Shown here piece by piece: positions 9,625 through 18,638 of a DNA stretch of 64,000 nt (positions within the stretch are counted from its first letter, which is position 1; every line of letters begins with the position of its first letter). Position numbers and translations under genes: made by a program. Below the pieces are notes generated by a model. It was not told the DNA's origin. It worked only from the letters and a program-made list of their open reading frames with translations, and did not search any database. Origin of the DNA: Bryobacterales bacterium (GTDB lineage: Bacteria > Acidobacteriota > Terriglobia > Bryobacterales > Bryobacteraceae). Location: NCBI GenBank assembly GCA_963798455.1, contig CAWCTD010000004.1, positions 170,708 to 234,707 on the forward strand. The letters run 5' to 3'.

Positions 9625-12132
9625 CTATTTGATGTTCACCGTTACGGTGTTGGCAGCCACGCCGTCCACGGTCAGCACGATGTCCGAGTCACCGTGTCCC
9701 GCCAGGCTCCGCGGGATCTGCACATTGGCCCAATCCACACCCGGGAAGTCGGGGTCCGGCCCGTTGGCCAGGACCTGCGCGGCCACTCCACCGATTGTCG
9801 CGCTGAAGCCGGCGAGCCCGCTGGCGCCGCGAAATCCGGTGCCGGGCAGCATCAGATTGACTTGATCGGTCGGGCCGCCCAGATCGACAGGGACACTGGT
9901 GCGGCTGCCGATCGCGGCAGTGGGCGTGAAGACGTACTGCGCGCTCTGAGAACCGTCGGCCTTGATTGTCACGGCGACCGCGGCGGCTACGCCCTTCCCA
10001 TTGGAGTTTGCGGAAAACAAGCCAGGCGCAATCTGGCCAACCTGCAGCGTGCCGGTAGCCGAAACCAGAGTCCCGTTGACCACGGTCACGGCGGCTGGTC
10101 CCAGCGCCGTCCCGCTCGGCACCACGTAATTGATCTGGGCCGGCGAGACATAGATCAGCGGAGCCAACTGCTCGACCCCGGCGCTGTCCTTGATCTTCAC
10201 GGCAGCCCCTTCGATCGCGGTGGGAAGCGGGAGTGTGCTTGCCGCCTGGCTTGCCACCGCCAGGCCCTGACCGAAGCTGCTAACGATCGACTCGGGAGCG
10301 GCGGCCGACACGCGGTAGCTTGCGGCCGATGCCGTGATGACCGTGGGCATGGCGTAGAGATCGCGCATGCGGAACGTGCGGTAGTTCGGTGTGCTCACCT
10401 GGATGGCGTAGGCGACCTGGCCGCCGGGATTCACCTCAACCGACTGGCTGGTGTCGGTCGTGCCCTGGATGATGCCCACGTTGAAGTGGTAGTTGCCGTT
10501 GGAGAGCCGCTGCGCGGAGCCGAGCGCGTAGGAGTACGCGCCCATATCCGCGTTCAGAACCAGGGTGGCAATGCGGGTCTGTTCATCCAGTCGAAGCACC
10601 TGGCCGCGGCTGTGAGCGTTCGGGTCGGTGGCGCGCCGCACGTTCCCGTCGTCGAAGACGGCCAGGGTGGTGTTGTCGCCCGGCACGAAGCCGGCGTCGT
10701 GCTGGTGGGAGAACCATGGAGACGGGTCAGTCGAGGTGATGCTAAAATCGCCGTCTTTCCCGAGCCGCCAGAGGATACCTCCATTGCCCTGGCCGTTCTT
10801 GAAAGCGATTTTGATCAGCCAGTCCTGGTGGCGGACCGAGTAAAGGATGTTTCCGTCGGGCGTGAGCTGGAGGGAATTGCCGTGCAGCCAGTCGATGGCC
10901 TGAGGGGCCTGGTAAAACGGAGGGCATCCGCCGCCGATGGGGGTGCACGTCTCCCCGAGCGTCGGGAGACGATGGGGATCCAGGTGGTCGAAAGCGTCCC
11001 AGGTCCACACCACTTGGAGGTTCTGGTCCAAGACCAGGATCATGTCCCCAAGCACGTCCACCGATGCCGTGCCCTGAATCCCGCTCATGATCTGCTCGGT
11101 GGAGGCCAGCGTGAGGATCTTGCCATCGGGCAACAGCGTGGCCTCGTGATGAAAGGAGTTGATTCCTCGCCGGCCCATGGAGGCGAGCTGCTCGCTGACC
11201 CGCGCCGCGTTAGTTTCGAGAAGTGTGGTTCCGGCGAGGTCGAATTCGCGAAGAATCTGGTAGGACGAGTCCAGAGTGGGGTCCTCGTAGACTCCGAAAA
11301 AGAAGCCGCCCGGGACCGGCCGGGTGATGAACGAAACCGTGCCGGGGTAGTACCACACCAGGTTTCCTGACAGATCCGTGGCGAGCGTGAGCTGGTAATT
11401 CAGAATGGCTGTTTGCAGTAAGATGCCTTCCGCGACAGGTTGCTGGGGCGGCTGCATGACGGTATAGCTCGGCATTTGAAGCGACACGCTGGGGGTGGCG
11501 ATCGTCATCACAGGACCATCCACGGAGTTCGCCCCCGCCTGGACGGTGTGTTTCACCGTGTACTGGGAATTCGCCCGCAAGCCTGCCAGGTAGAAGTTCA
11601 TGCTCAGGCCGGCGACACATGGCTTGGCTGGCGTGCTCTGTACATAGCCGTCTGGGGACACGAACTCGACGCTCATTTGCCCTCCGGCCGGGCAGGGAGG
11701 CGCGCTATACAAGAAAACCAGCGGATTCGAGGTTGGGTTGATGAGCGGCGTGGCGCCAGTCATGCGAGACGTCATCTGATACTGAGCGGAAGTTACAACG
11801 GTTTCTCCGGTGTCCCGATTCCTGACGGCGAGCTCCACTTCGTAGATCCCCTCAAGGCCGCTGGCCGTCCAGTCCAGAGTGCTGACCGGCCCGTAGTCCC
11901 GTACCATTTGGAAGCCGGCACCCACCAGACGGGAGCGAAACCGGTACCACAGAGTGCCCGGACTCGCCCCCGTGACGTTCGCGGACCAGGTCACCATCGT
12001 GCCGACGGGGGAGGGAGACGGTACAGACGCGTTGAGCGAGGCGGACATAGCTGCCTCGAGATGTGGAAGAAGGCCGAGAGCCACGAACAGGCCCATGGCA
12101 AGCGTGCAGATGCGCGCGAAGTGGTTCTTCAT
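9625..12132 (-). CDS. secreted arylsulfotransferase (ASST)-family beta-propeller protein with a Solibacter-type C-terminal domain (TIGR03437-like)
   Basis: The ORF is open to 12834; the start is set at MKNHFARICTLAMGLFVALGLL (signal peptide; ATG is the complement of 12130-12132). The middle part has ASST-like motifs (WTWDAFDHLDPHR, DWLHGNSLQLTPDGNILYSVRHQDWLIKI). The C-terminal ~220 aa (ASAASY..ESIVSSFGQGL ... INYVVPSG) resembles the Solibacter uncharacterized C-terminal domain. Confidence 0.75.
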   Translation of the reverse strand: MKNHFARICTLAMGLFVALGLLPHLEAAMSASLNASVPSPSPVGTMVTWSANVTGASPGTLWYRFRSRLVGAGFQMVRDYGPVSTLDWTASGLEGIYEVELAVRNRDTGETVVTSAQYQMTSRMTGATPLINPTSNPLVFLYSAPPCPAGGQMSVEFVSPDGYVQSTPAKPCVAGLSMNFYLAGLRANSQYTVKHTVQAGANSVDGPVMTIATPSVSLQMPSYTVMQPPQQPVAEGILLQTAILNYQLTLATDLSGNLVWYYPGTVSFITRPVPGGFFFGVYEDPTLDSSYQILREFDLAGTTLLETNAARVSEQLASMGRRGINSFHHEATLLPDGKILTLASTEQIMSGIQGTASVDVLGDMILVLDQNLQVVWTWDAFDHLDPHRLPTLGETCTPIGGGCPPFYQAPQAIDWLHGNSLQLTPDGNILYSVRHQDWLIKIAFKNGQGNGGILWRLGKDGDFSITSTDPSPWFSHQHDAGFVPGDNTTLAVFDDGNVRRATDPNAHSRGQVLRLDEQTRIATLVLNADMGAYSYALGSAQRLSNGNYHFNVGIIQGTTDTSQSVEVNPGGQVAYAIQVSTPNYRTFRMRDLYAMPTVITASAASYRVSAAAPESIVSSFGQGLAVASQAASTLPLPTAIEGAAVKIKDSAGVEQLAPLIYVSPAQINYVVPSGTALGPAAVTVVNGTLVSATGTLQVGQIAPGLFSANSNGKGVAAAVAVTIKADGSQSAQYVFTPTAAIGSRTSVPVDLGGPTDQVNLMLPGTGFRGASGLAGFSATIGGVAAQVLANGPDPDFPGVDWANVQIPRSLAGHGDSDIVLTVDGVAANTVTVNIK

Positions 12133-12233
12133 CGTACTGCCCCTCGAAATTGAAGTATACTGCGAAAGCCCAGAAAACGTCTTACTAAAAAGACGCAGGA
12201 CCGCTTCAGGTGATTCACTAACCCAGGTACTGC

Positions 12234-13433
12234 TCAGTCCGTGCTGTAGTTGATTTCGAGCTTGCGGACCGCGCGCGAGGCGACCCAAAGCACCAGGGCC
12301 GTCAGCAGCAGGAGACCTCCGACGGCCAACGCCTTGGAGGGCGGGGCGGCCGGCGAAAGGAAGAAACGCAACAGGGCGGGCATGTCCGGGTCGGGGGGAG
12401 CCGGCACGGGGCACAGGGCCTGCACGTAGTACAGGACGCTGACCTTCTGAAGCATGGAGGGCAGAAACGGGTTGACGCTCTCCCACGCGAGCAGCACCGT
12501 TGCCGGAAGGATCGGGTTCCTCACGAGCAGGCCGGCCGCCAGGAACACGCTCCCGTAGCCGACGCAGGCCAGCACCGTGGCGGCCGCGTAGGAAAACGTG
12601 TGAACCAGTCCGTACTGCTGCCAGAAAGCCTGCAGTTCGGCCGGTTGCTGCGGCCACAGCATGAAGAAGAAACTGAGCATAGCCCCGGCCGTGAAGATCA
12701 GCGATGCGGCGAGAAGGCCGGCCAGGTAGTTGCCGCACAGAAGCACCTCCCGCCGCGCCGGCGCCAGCAACCAGAAGTGCAGCGTCTTGTTCTGCATCTT
12801 GCCGCGGAACAGGTTCACGAAGATCCCGAGACACCCGAAAAAGACCGCCAGCCTCAGGTAGAAATGCTGGAAGACCGTGGCGAAGATCAGGCGGTCCTCC
12901 TCGATGCTCGCAATAGGCCGGACGCGTTTGGAGTCAAGCTCTCCGTTCCTGAAGACAAAAGTGGCGGCGCGAGTTCCGTCGAAATACTCCAGGCGCCGCA
13001 TCACAGCAGGCTTCCTGCCCCGTTTTTCCCAGGCAAAATCACTGATGGGCTTGCCCAGCCGCGCCAGTACCTGCCGCTCCGCCTCCTCCTCCTGGACTGA
13101 ATCGAGCAGCGCCGCGGACGTGACGCCGCGGGCCGCATACCTGTCGCGCATGATCCTGACGCTCAGCCCGTGCCCGAAGAAAAGGGCGGCGGGAAACAGG
13201 GCAAGCAGATAGACCCACAAGGCGCGTTTCGAGAAGAAAGCCCGCCGCGTCTCGAGCCTGGCGACAGCCCACACCTGGCGCAGCCTAGGAAGCTGTGAAA
13301 GAATGCCGGGTTGCCCAGTGGTGATGAGCGCACAGGCTGAATGCCTGTGCCACCTCAACGGCGTACGGCCCATCGTGGCACAGGCCTTTAGCCTGTGGAG
13401 CATTCTTTCACAGCTTTTGAATGCCGAGGTCAT
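12234..13433 (-). CDS. ABC-2 family transporter permease
   Basis: 399-aa polytopic membrane protein. Its start ATG overlaps the upstream ATPase stop (ATGA at 13430-13433). Confidence 0.7.
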   Translation of the reverse strand: MTSAFKSCERMLHRLKACATMGRTPLRWHRHSACALITTGQPGILSQLPRLRQVWAVARLETRRAFFSKRALWVYLLALFPAALFFGHGLSVRIMRDRYAARGVTSAALLDSVQEEEAERQVLARLGKPISDFAWEKRGRKPAVMRRLEYFDGTRAATFVFRNGELDSKRVRPIASIEEDRLIFATVFQHFYLRLAVFFGCLGIFVNLFRGKMQNKTLHFWLLAPARREVLLCGNYLAGLLAASLIFTAGAMLSFFFMLWPQQPAELQAFWQQYGLVHTFSYAAATVLACVGYGSVFLAAGLLVRNPILPATVLLAWESVNPFLPSMLQKVSVLYYVQALCPVPAPPDPDMPALLRFFLSPAAPPSKALAVGGLLLLTALVLWVASRAVRKLEINYSTD

Positions 13434-14362
13434 TCGCCGCCTCCGATCAGGTACCTGTACAGCGCATCCACGTTCTCGTCGGAGGGCAGGACGCCCTCGA
13501 TGCGGTGGCCCTCGCCGGCGATGCGCGTCAAAGCCCGCGAGAGAGCCTCCTGGCTGCGAGTCGCGACCAGCAGTCCCTGGCGGTCTTCACTGATGCGAAT
13601 CTCCGTGATGTGGTCCTGGGCGAACAGCACCGAGGCGATTCGCGAGGGGTCCTGGCAGCGCAGCAGGAACTGGCTGGGGTGTTGCTGCATCTCTTCGCGG
13701 ACGCTTCTGACCTTCCCCTCGGCCGCAATCATTCCGTTGGCGATCAAGATCACCTGGTCGGAGATGGCATCCACCTCCTGCAATACGTGGCTAGAGAGGA
13801 TCACGTGGCGGCCCCTGGCCGCGTATTCGCGGAACAACTCGATAGTCTCGGCTCTCACCAGAGGGTCGAGGCCGTTGAGCGGCTCGTCGAGAACCAGGAT
13901 CTCGGGGTCGTGCGCGATGGCTTGGGCCAGCCGGACCCGCTGGCGCATGCCCTTGGAATAGCCAGCCACTTTGCGGCGCGCCGCCTCGGTCATGCCGAGA
14001 CGCTCCAGCGCCTTCCACGCCAGCCGCCCTGCCTCGGCTGGCGGGTGGCCGTGCAACTCCAGGAGCGAGGCGACGAAGTCGAAACCGGTGGTCCCCTTCG
14101 GGGCGGCGTCGTACTGCGTGGCGTAGCCCGTGATCCGCATCAGGCGCTCCGGATCGGACGGAGGAATGCCTCGCACGGAGATCGTCCCACGGTCCGGCCG
14201 CACCAGGCCGGTCATGAGATTCATGAGCGTGGTCTTGCCGGAGCCGTTCGGGCCCACCAGGCTGGTGACGCCCGAAGGAATCCGCATGGTCACGCGATTC
14301 ACTCCCAGGATCTCGCCGTAAAATTTCGACACGTCGTCGAAGATGACCTCGGGGAGGCTCAC
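13430..14362 (-). CDS. ABC transporter ATP-binding protein (DrrA-like, C-terminal extension)
   Basis: Walker A GPNGSGKTT, signature YSKGMRQR, Walker B ILVLDEP. The start is reassigned to GTG at the complement of 14360-14362 (VSLPEVIFDD), which overlaps the upstream permease stop (GTGA). Confidence 0.88.
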   Translation of the reverse strand: MSLPEVIFDDVSKFYGEILGVNRVTMRIPSGVTSLVGPNGSGKTTLMNLMTGLVRPDRGTISVRGIPPSDPERLMRITGYATQYDAAPKGTTGFDFVASLLELHGHPPAEAGRLAWKALERLGMTEAARRKVAGYSKGMRQRVRLAQAIAHDPEILVLDEPLNGLDPLVRAETIELFREYAARGRHVILSSHVLQEVDAISDQVILIANGMIAAEGKVRSVREEMQQHPSQFLLRCQDPSRIASVLFAQDHITEIRISEDRQGLLVATRSQEALSRALTRIAGEGHRIEGVLPSDENVDALYRYLIGGGE

Positions 14363-15219
14363 GAGACCACCTCCACGGGGCGCAACTTGCGCTCCAGGAC
14401 CCAGCACAACAAGGCAGCTGTCACCAGCAGCGAGGCGGCGCTCGCGGCCGCGCCCGGCCCTTCCGACAGATCCAGGCCCAACATCGGGGTCACCACCCGA
14501 GACATGCAGCCCGCGGGGTTGAACAGGCTGCTCCATTCCACCCGAAGGACCTGATGCACGATCTGGGCGGCGCCCGCCAGGACGAAGAAGAATCCCAGGA
14601 TGAGAGCGCCGGCCACCACCCGCCAGCGGACATAAGCCGACGAGGCGAGCGCCACCAGGCTCAACAGCAGAATCCACATCCCGAATCCCGCGAACATGGC
14701 CGTGCCCAGCCACCAGTTGGCGGAAAACCAACCCCACCCGGCCATGCCCGACTGCATCCCGAACAGCAGCAACCCAGGCACCCACGTAACCAGCGACAGC
14801 AGCCCGAGCAACACCAGAAGCCGGGCCAGCACGTACTCGAAGCGCGAAAGCGGACGGCTCAAGTACAGAGGAAGGGCATTATTGGTCAGGTCGGGGGCCA
14901 CCAGGCCCGGGCCCGCCAGCGCGGCCAAAAGCATCGCGGCCACGGCCTGGACGATCATGAAGACCTGGAAGAACTTGCCCTTCACCTCGAGGAACTTGAG
15001 GAAATCGCCGCCGAACCCCCTGAGGAACTCGGCGTGATTGGACAGATAGATGAACGCCGCCGAGACCAGCGGCCAGAACAGCGACAGCACCAGCACAATG
15101 ACCAACAGCCGCTGTTCCATCAGGCGCTTCCAGGCGTAGCGCGGGAAGGCCAGCACCTGGGACGAGTGCGAGGTATACGGCCCGCGGTAGCGCTGGTAGC
15201 CGCGCTTATAGACGGCCAT
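14359..15219 (-). CDS. ABC-2 family transporter permease
   Basis: 286-aa protein with 6 predicted hydrophobic segments. It overlaps the upstream ATPase by 14 nt. Confidence 0.78.
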   Translation of the reverse strand: MAVYKRGYQRYRGPYTSHSSQVLAFPRYAWKRLMEQRLLVIVLVLSLFWPLVSAAFIYLSNHAEFLRGFGGDFLKFLEVKGKFFQVFMIVQAVAAMLLAALAGPGLVAPDLTNNALPLYLSRPLSRFEYVLARLLVLLGLLSLVTWVPGLLLFGMQSGMAGWGWFSANWWLGTAMFAGFGMWILLLSLVALASSAYVRWRVVAGALILGFFFVLAGAAQIVHQVLRVEWSSLFNPAGCMSRVVTPMLGLDLSEGPGAAASAASLLVTAALLCWVLERKLRPVEVVS

Positions 15220-16204
15220 GACTCATCGCCTCCTGCTCCGCCCGGGCCTCGTCCCCCGGTGTCCGCTGCAAATGGCCAACGGCCTTGAGGAAGATCTCCT
15301 CCAATGTGTCGCGGCGGTGGTTCATTTTGTGCACGCCGAGATTCTGCCGCGCCAGCAGCGTCCACAGCGAGTCAAGCTCGACGCCGGCGGGCATGACGAC
15401 ACGCCAGCGGCCGCGTCCCTCGTTAACGCCTTCGGCGCCTTGTTCTCGCAGGGCGGCGGCCAGACCCCGATCGTCGCCCGTGACCTCCAGCTCGACGAAG
15501 CGCAGGTTGGACCGCCTCTCCGCTTCCAGATCGGCGTGATGCACGATGGCGCCATCCTTGAGAATGACAGCCTCGTCGCAGACCTCCTCCACGTCGCCGA
15601 GCAGGTGCGAGCAGAGCAGCACGTTCATGCCGTGCGACTCCTTCATCTCGCGGATCAGCGCCAGCATGCGGCGCCGCGCCGCCGGGTCCAGGCCGTTGGT
15701 CGGCTCGTCCAGGATCAGAAGCTCCGGTCCGTGGACAATGGCTTGCGCGAATTTCGCCATCTGCTTCATGCCCTGCGAGTAGGTGCCAAGGGGGCGGTAG
15801 CGGCTCTCCCCCAGGCCCACGTGATAGAGGACTTCGTGCGCTTTCTCCAGTGCCGCTTCCGAAGGCAGGCCCGAAACTTCGCCCATGAGCCGCAGAAACG
15901 CGACCGCCGTCATGCCGGAAATGAACGCTTCGGTCTCGGGCATGTAGCCCAGGCGCGCTTTCACCGCTCGGGACCCGGCTCGGGAATCGTGCCCGAACAG
16001 GCGTGCCGCGCCGGCCGAAGGGCGGTGAAAACCCAGCAGAGTCAGAATCAGCGTGGACTTGCCCGCGCCGTTTGGCCCGAGCAGCCCGATCGCCTTCCCC
16101 GTGCCCGAGACACCCAGCCGGCAGGAGATCCGATGGAGGATCTCCCGCCGGCCCAGGCGCACGCTCAGGTTTTCCAGCTCAATGACTGGCGGATGTGGGT
16201 CCAT
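15206..16204 (-). CDS. ABC transporter ATP-binding protein (DrrA-like)
   Basis: Walker A GPNGAGKST, signature YSQGMKQM, Walker B LLILDEP, plus a C-terminal DUF4162-like tail. It overlaps the anti-sigma gene end by 26 nt. Confidence 0.9.
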   Translation of the reverse strand: MDPHPPVIELENLSVRLGRREILHRISCRLGVSGTGKAIGLLGPNGAGKSTLILTLLGFHRPSAGAARLFGHDSRAGSRAVKARLGYMPETEAFISGMTAVAFLRLMGEVSGLPSEAALEKAHEVLYHVGLGESRYRPLGTYSQGMKQMAKFAQAIVHGPELLILDEPTNGLDPAARRRMLALIREMKESHGMNVLLCSHLLGDVEEVCDEAVILKDGAIVHHADLEAERRSNLRFVELEVTGDDRGLAAALREQGAEGVNEGRGRWRVVMPAGVELDSLWTLLARQNLGVHKMNHRRDTLEEIFLKAVGHLQRTPGDEARAEQEAMSHGRL

Positions 16205-18638
16205 CTCCGGAACGTCCCGCCGGGGGCAGCCCGCCGGCCATCATCGTGGTCAGCAACATACTCATCAAGCGGGTACGGCTGGCGAGGCGGATTCGTTCCG
16301 TTTCTCCGTTGACCACGGCCAGGATCGGCTCGCGGCTCTGGAGCAACGACTTCAACGTGTCCCCACCGAACACGGCCGCGACGTCGGCCAGGGGCCCCTG
16401 GGGGTTGAACCAGAAGAAGCCGGACTGGTGCAGGCCCATCGAGGCAGGCAGTTGCGCCCGGAACGCGTCGGAGCGCACCAGCGGCAGACCCGACGCGCGC
16501 GTGGCGATCGCCTGCGCCGCAAGACCCCGGTCCAGGCTCAGGACCCAATAGCCGCGATCATAGGTCCAATACAGCGCGAGGTTCAGCTTGGGGTTGCGCA
16601 ACTCCGTCCAGGTCCGGCCATCGGCGGTCTGCTGATCCAGCACAAGCCCGGGATTCTGGCCGGTCGGATCGGCTTCATGATTGACGGCTTCCACCAGGCG
16701 GTGGACAGCCGCGTCGAGCACGCTGGGCTGATTCACCTCGACCGCCGCCACCCATCCCGGCAGCGGGACGGTTGGTCTTTCGATGGCGAAGGTGAAATCC
16801 GTGCCTAGGGCCGCTGCGATATCGTCGGACACGCGGATGCCGGCTTTCGCTTCCAGGTCCGTCAATCCTTGGCCGAACTTGGGATTCACCTGGCTGGCCA
16901 GCGCCACGAGTTCATCGAAGGCTTGCCGGGGGTTTCGGGTGCAGGCAGACACCGCGGCGATCGCGCCGGCGGTCACGTACTCGGCCGAGCCGGCCACTCC
17001 CGGAGACGCCAGCCATGAGGCGATGCCGCTTCGAGGGCCGTCGAAGGTGAGCGAGGCGTCCACCTCATCGCTCGCCTGCGCCGGCCGTTGCTCGAAGAAG
17101 ATGTATTTCAGCTTGTCCGCACCTAGAATGCCCGCCAGTTCGCCTTTGGGGGACATGGACGTGGCGTCACTCGCGAACAACACGCCCACCCCGTCGCGGT
17201 AATGAGCGGCGATCTCGGCCGCGAACGGGCTTCCGGCGCCCTTGCCCAAGCGCCCCAGGATCGAATCGAGGTGCGCCTGCGAATCGGAAACAACCAGCAG
17301 CTTTTCCGAGACCGATGCCGCCGCTGGCGTGCCAGCCAGAAGCGCATCCAGTGCCTGACGCAGGCTTGCCTGGCGCCCCGGCTGCACTTCGGCCAGCGTG
17401 GCGCAAAGCGGCGCGCCTGAATCCGCGGGGCTTTTCGAAAGGACGAACACGACCTCGTCCCCGAGCATGGGCGACAAGGTGTGCACGCGATTCAGCAGAT
17501 CCTTGAAATGCTGCCGGTCCGCCGAGGCCCACCATTCGCGCAGGACCGCGCTTTCCTGGGAGCGTTGCTCGATCATATTCACCGCCTGGTCGAGCGCGGG
17601 TCCCAGGTTGGGAAGAGCGATGTAGACCACGGCGTTGCTGGGGAGTTGCGGCAGCAGCCTGGCCTCGGTGCGCGGCGCGGGGGTGGCGCTGGCCGCGACC
17701 GCCGCCTCGATCTTGGTCAGTTCCCCGAGCAGGGCATAGTACTTGCTGGCGTTCTCGCTCCAGGCGACGCTCATGCGCACGGGGACGCCCTGGACAGCCC
17801 GGGTCGAGGCCGACTGCTGGCCGCGCGCGAGCACGCGCTCGCCGCCAGGCTGGGTGACCTGAACCGAACCTTCCACCACCGATACGAGCGAGCCGGTCAA
17901 GCCGGCGGACACCGCGAACACAGTCCCCTTGACGGAGGCGACAGAGTCGCTTGTCACCACCCGGAGCCGGCCTCGCCGCTGCTTGGCGGCCTGGACGATG
18001 ATGTCGCCACGCTCCAGCCGGATGGATTGGCCGCTCCAGGCGGCCTCGACCGAGAGTTCGGTGCGGTCGTTGACCTCCACCAGGGATCCGTCCCTCAGCC
18101 GCAGCACGGCGCGGGCTCCGAGCCCAGAGCGGACCGGCTCGCCTTCATTGAGAGTCGCGCCCGCCACCAGGATTCCTTGCGGAAGCCTGTACAGGCTCCC
18201 CTTTACGCTCATCACCGTCGCGCGCGGGCCTGAAGGCGCCAGCGCCCGGTCGATGGGTCCACGCCCGAGATACATCGCCGCTGCCGCCAGGCCGGCGGCC
18301 ATTGCCCAGCGCGGCCATACCGGCAGGACCCGCCGCCGCACGACGGGCATGGGCCGTGTCCGCGGCTCGCCCTGGAGCTGGGTCAGGGCGCGCCGGCAAG
18401 CCGTGCAGCGGGAAAGGTGATCTTCCAGCAACAAGCGCCGCGAGCCCTCCAGGCGGGCGCCCGCATACCCTTCCAGGTCGCCCCGGAACTCAGGGCAGAC
18501 CGCCGGCGCTGAAGCCGCGAGCTTCTGCCAGACGCGCTTGGTGGCCGCGTCGACTTCCTCGGGAGGAACGTTTTCGTTGCGCATTTCGTTCAGCATTTCT
18601 TCCAGGCGATCTTCCGGCATGGCGAGTTCTCCTTTCAC
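16179..18638 (-). CDS. zinc-finger/FecR-type transmembrane anti-sigma factor with large uncharacterised extracytoplasmic domain
   Basis: 819 aa with an N-terminal H..C...C..C zinc-finger anti-sigma motif (EDHLSRCTACRRAL) and one TM segment (WPRWAMAAGLAAAAMYLG). A FecR-like domain follows (LVEVNDRTELSV...GTVFAV), then ~550 aa of unknown function. Its ATG overlaps the sigma factor stop (ATGA). Confidence 0.72.
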   Translation of the reverse strand: MKGELAMPEDRLEEMLNEMRNENVPPEEVDAATKRVWQKLAASAPAVCPEFRGDLEGYAGARLEGSRRLLLEDHLSRCTACRRALTQLQGEPRTRPMPVVRRRVLPVWPRWAMAAGLAAAAMYLGRGPIDRALAPSGPRATVMSVKGSLYRLPQGILVAGATLNEGEPVRSGLGARAVLRLRDGSLVEVNDRTELSVEAAWSGQSIRLERGDIIVQAAKQRRGRLRVVTSDSVASVKGTVFAVSAGLTGSLVSVVEGSVQVTQPGGERVLARGQQSASTRAVQGVPVRMSVAWSENASKYYALLGELTKIEAAVAASATPAPRTEARLLPQLPSNAVVYIALPNLGPALDQAVNMIEQRSQESAVLREWWASADRQHFKDLLNRVHTLSPMLGDEVVFVLSKSPADSGAPLCATLAEVQPGRQASLRQALDALLAGTPAAASVSEKLLVVSDSQAHLDSILGRLGKGAGSPFAAEIAAHYRDGVGVLFASDATSMSPKGELAGILGADKLKYIFFEQRPAQASDEVDASLTFDGPRSGIASWLASPGVAGSAEYVTAGAIAAVSACTRNPRQAFDELVALASQVNPKFGQGLTDLEAKAGIRVSDDIAAALGTDFTFAIERPTVPLPGWVAAVEVNQPSVLDAAVHRLVEAVNHEADPTGQNPGLVLDQQTADGRTWTELRNPKLNLALYWTYDRGYWVLSLDRGLAAQAIATRASGLPLVRSDAFRAQLPASMGLHQSGFFWFNPQGPLADVAAVFGGDTLKSLLQSREPILAVVNGETERIRLASRTRLMSMLLTTMMAGGLPPAGRSGDGPTSASH

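Noticed and set aside
9694-11370. 558-aa plus-strand ORF
   Set aside because: It is antisense to the well-supported ASST-like gene. The low-complexity Arg/Gly/Asp-rich product has no start context, so it is a GC-rich shadow ORF.
14554-16312. 244-aa and 364-aa plus-strand ORFs overlapping the ABC genes
   Set aside because: They are antisense to two ABC genes that have canonical Walker/signature motifs. The His/Gln/Arg-rich nonsense translation marks them as artefacts.
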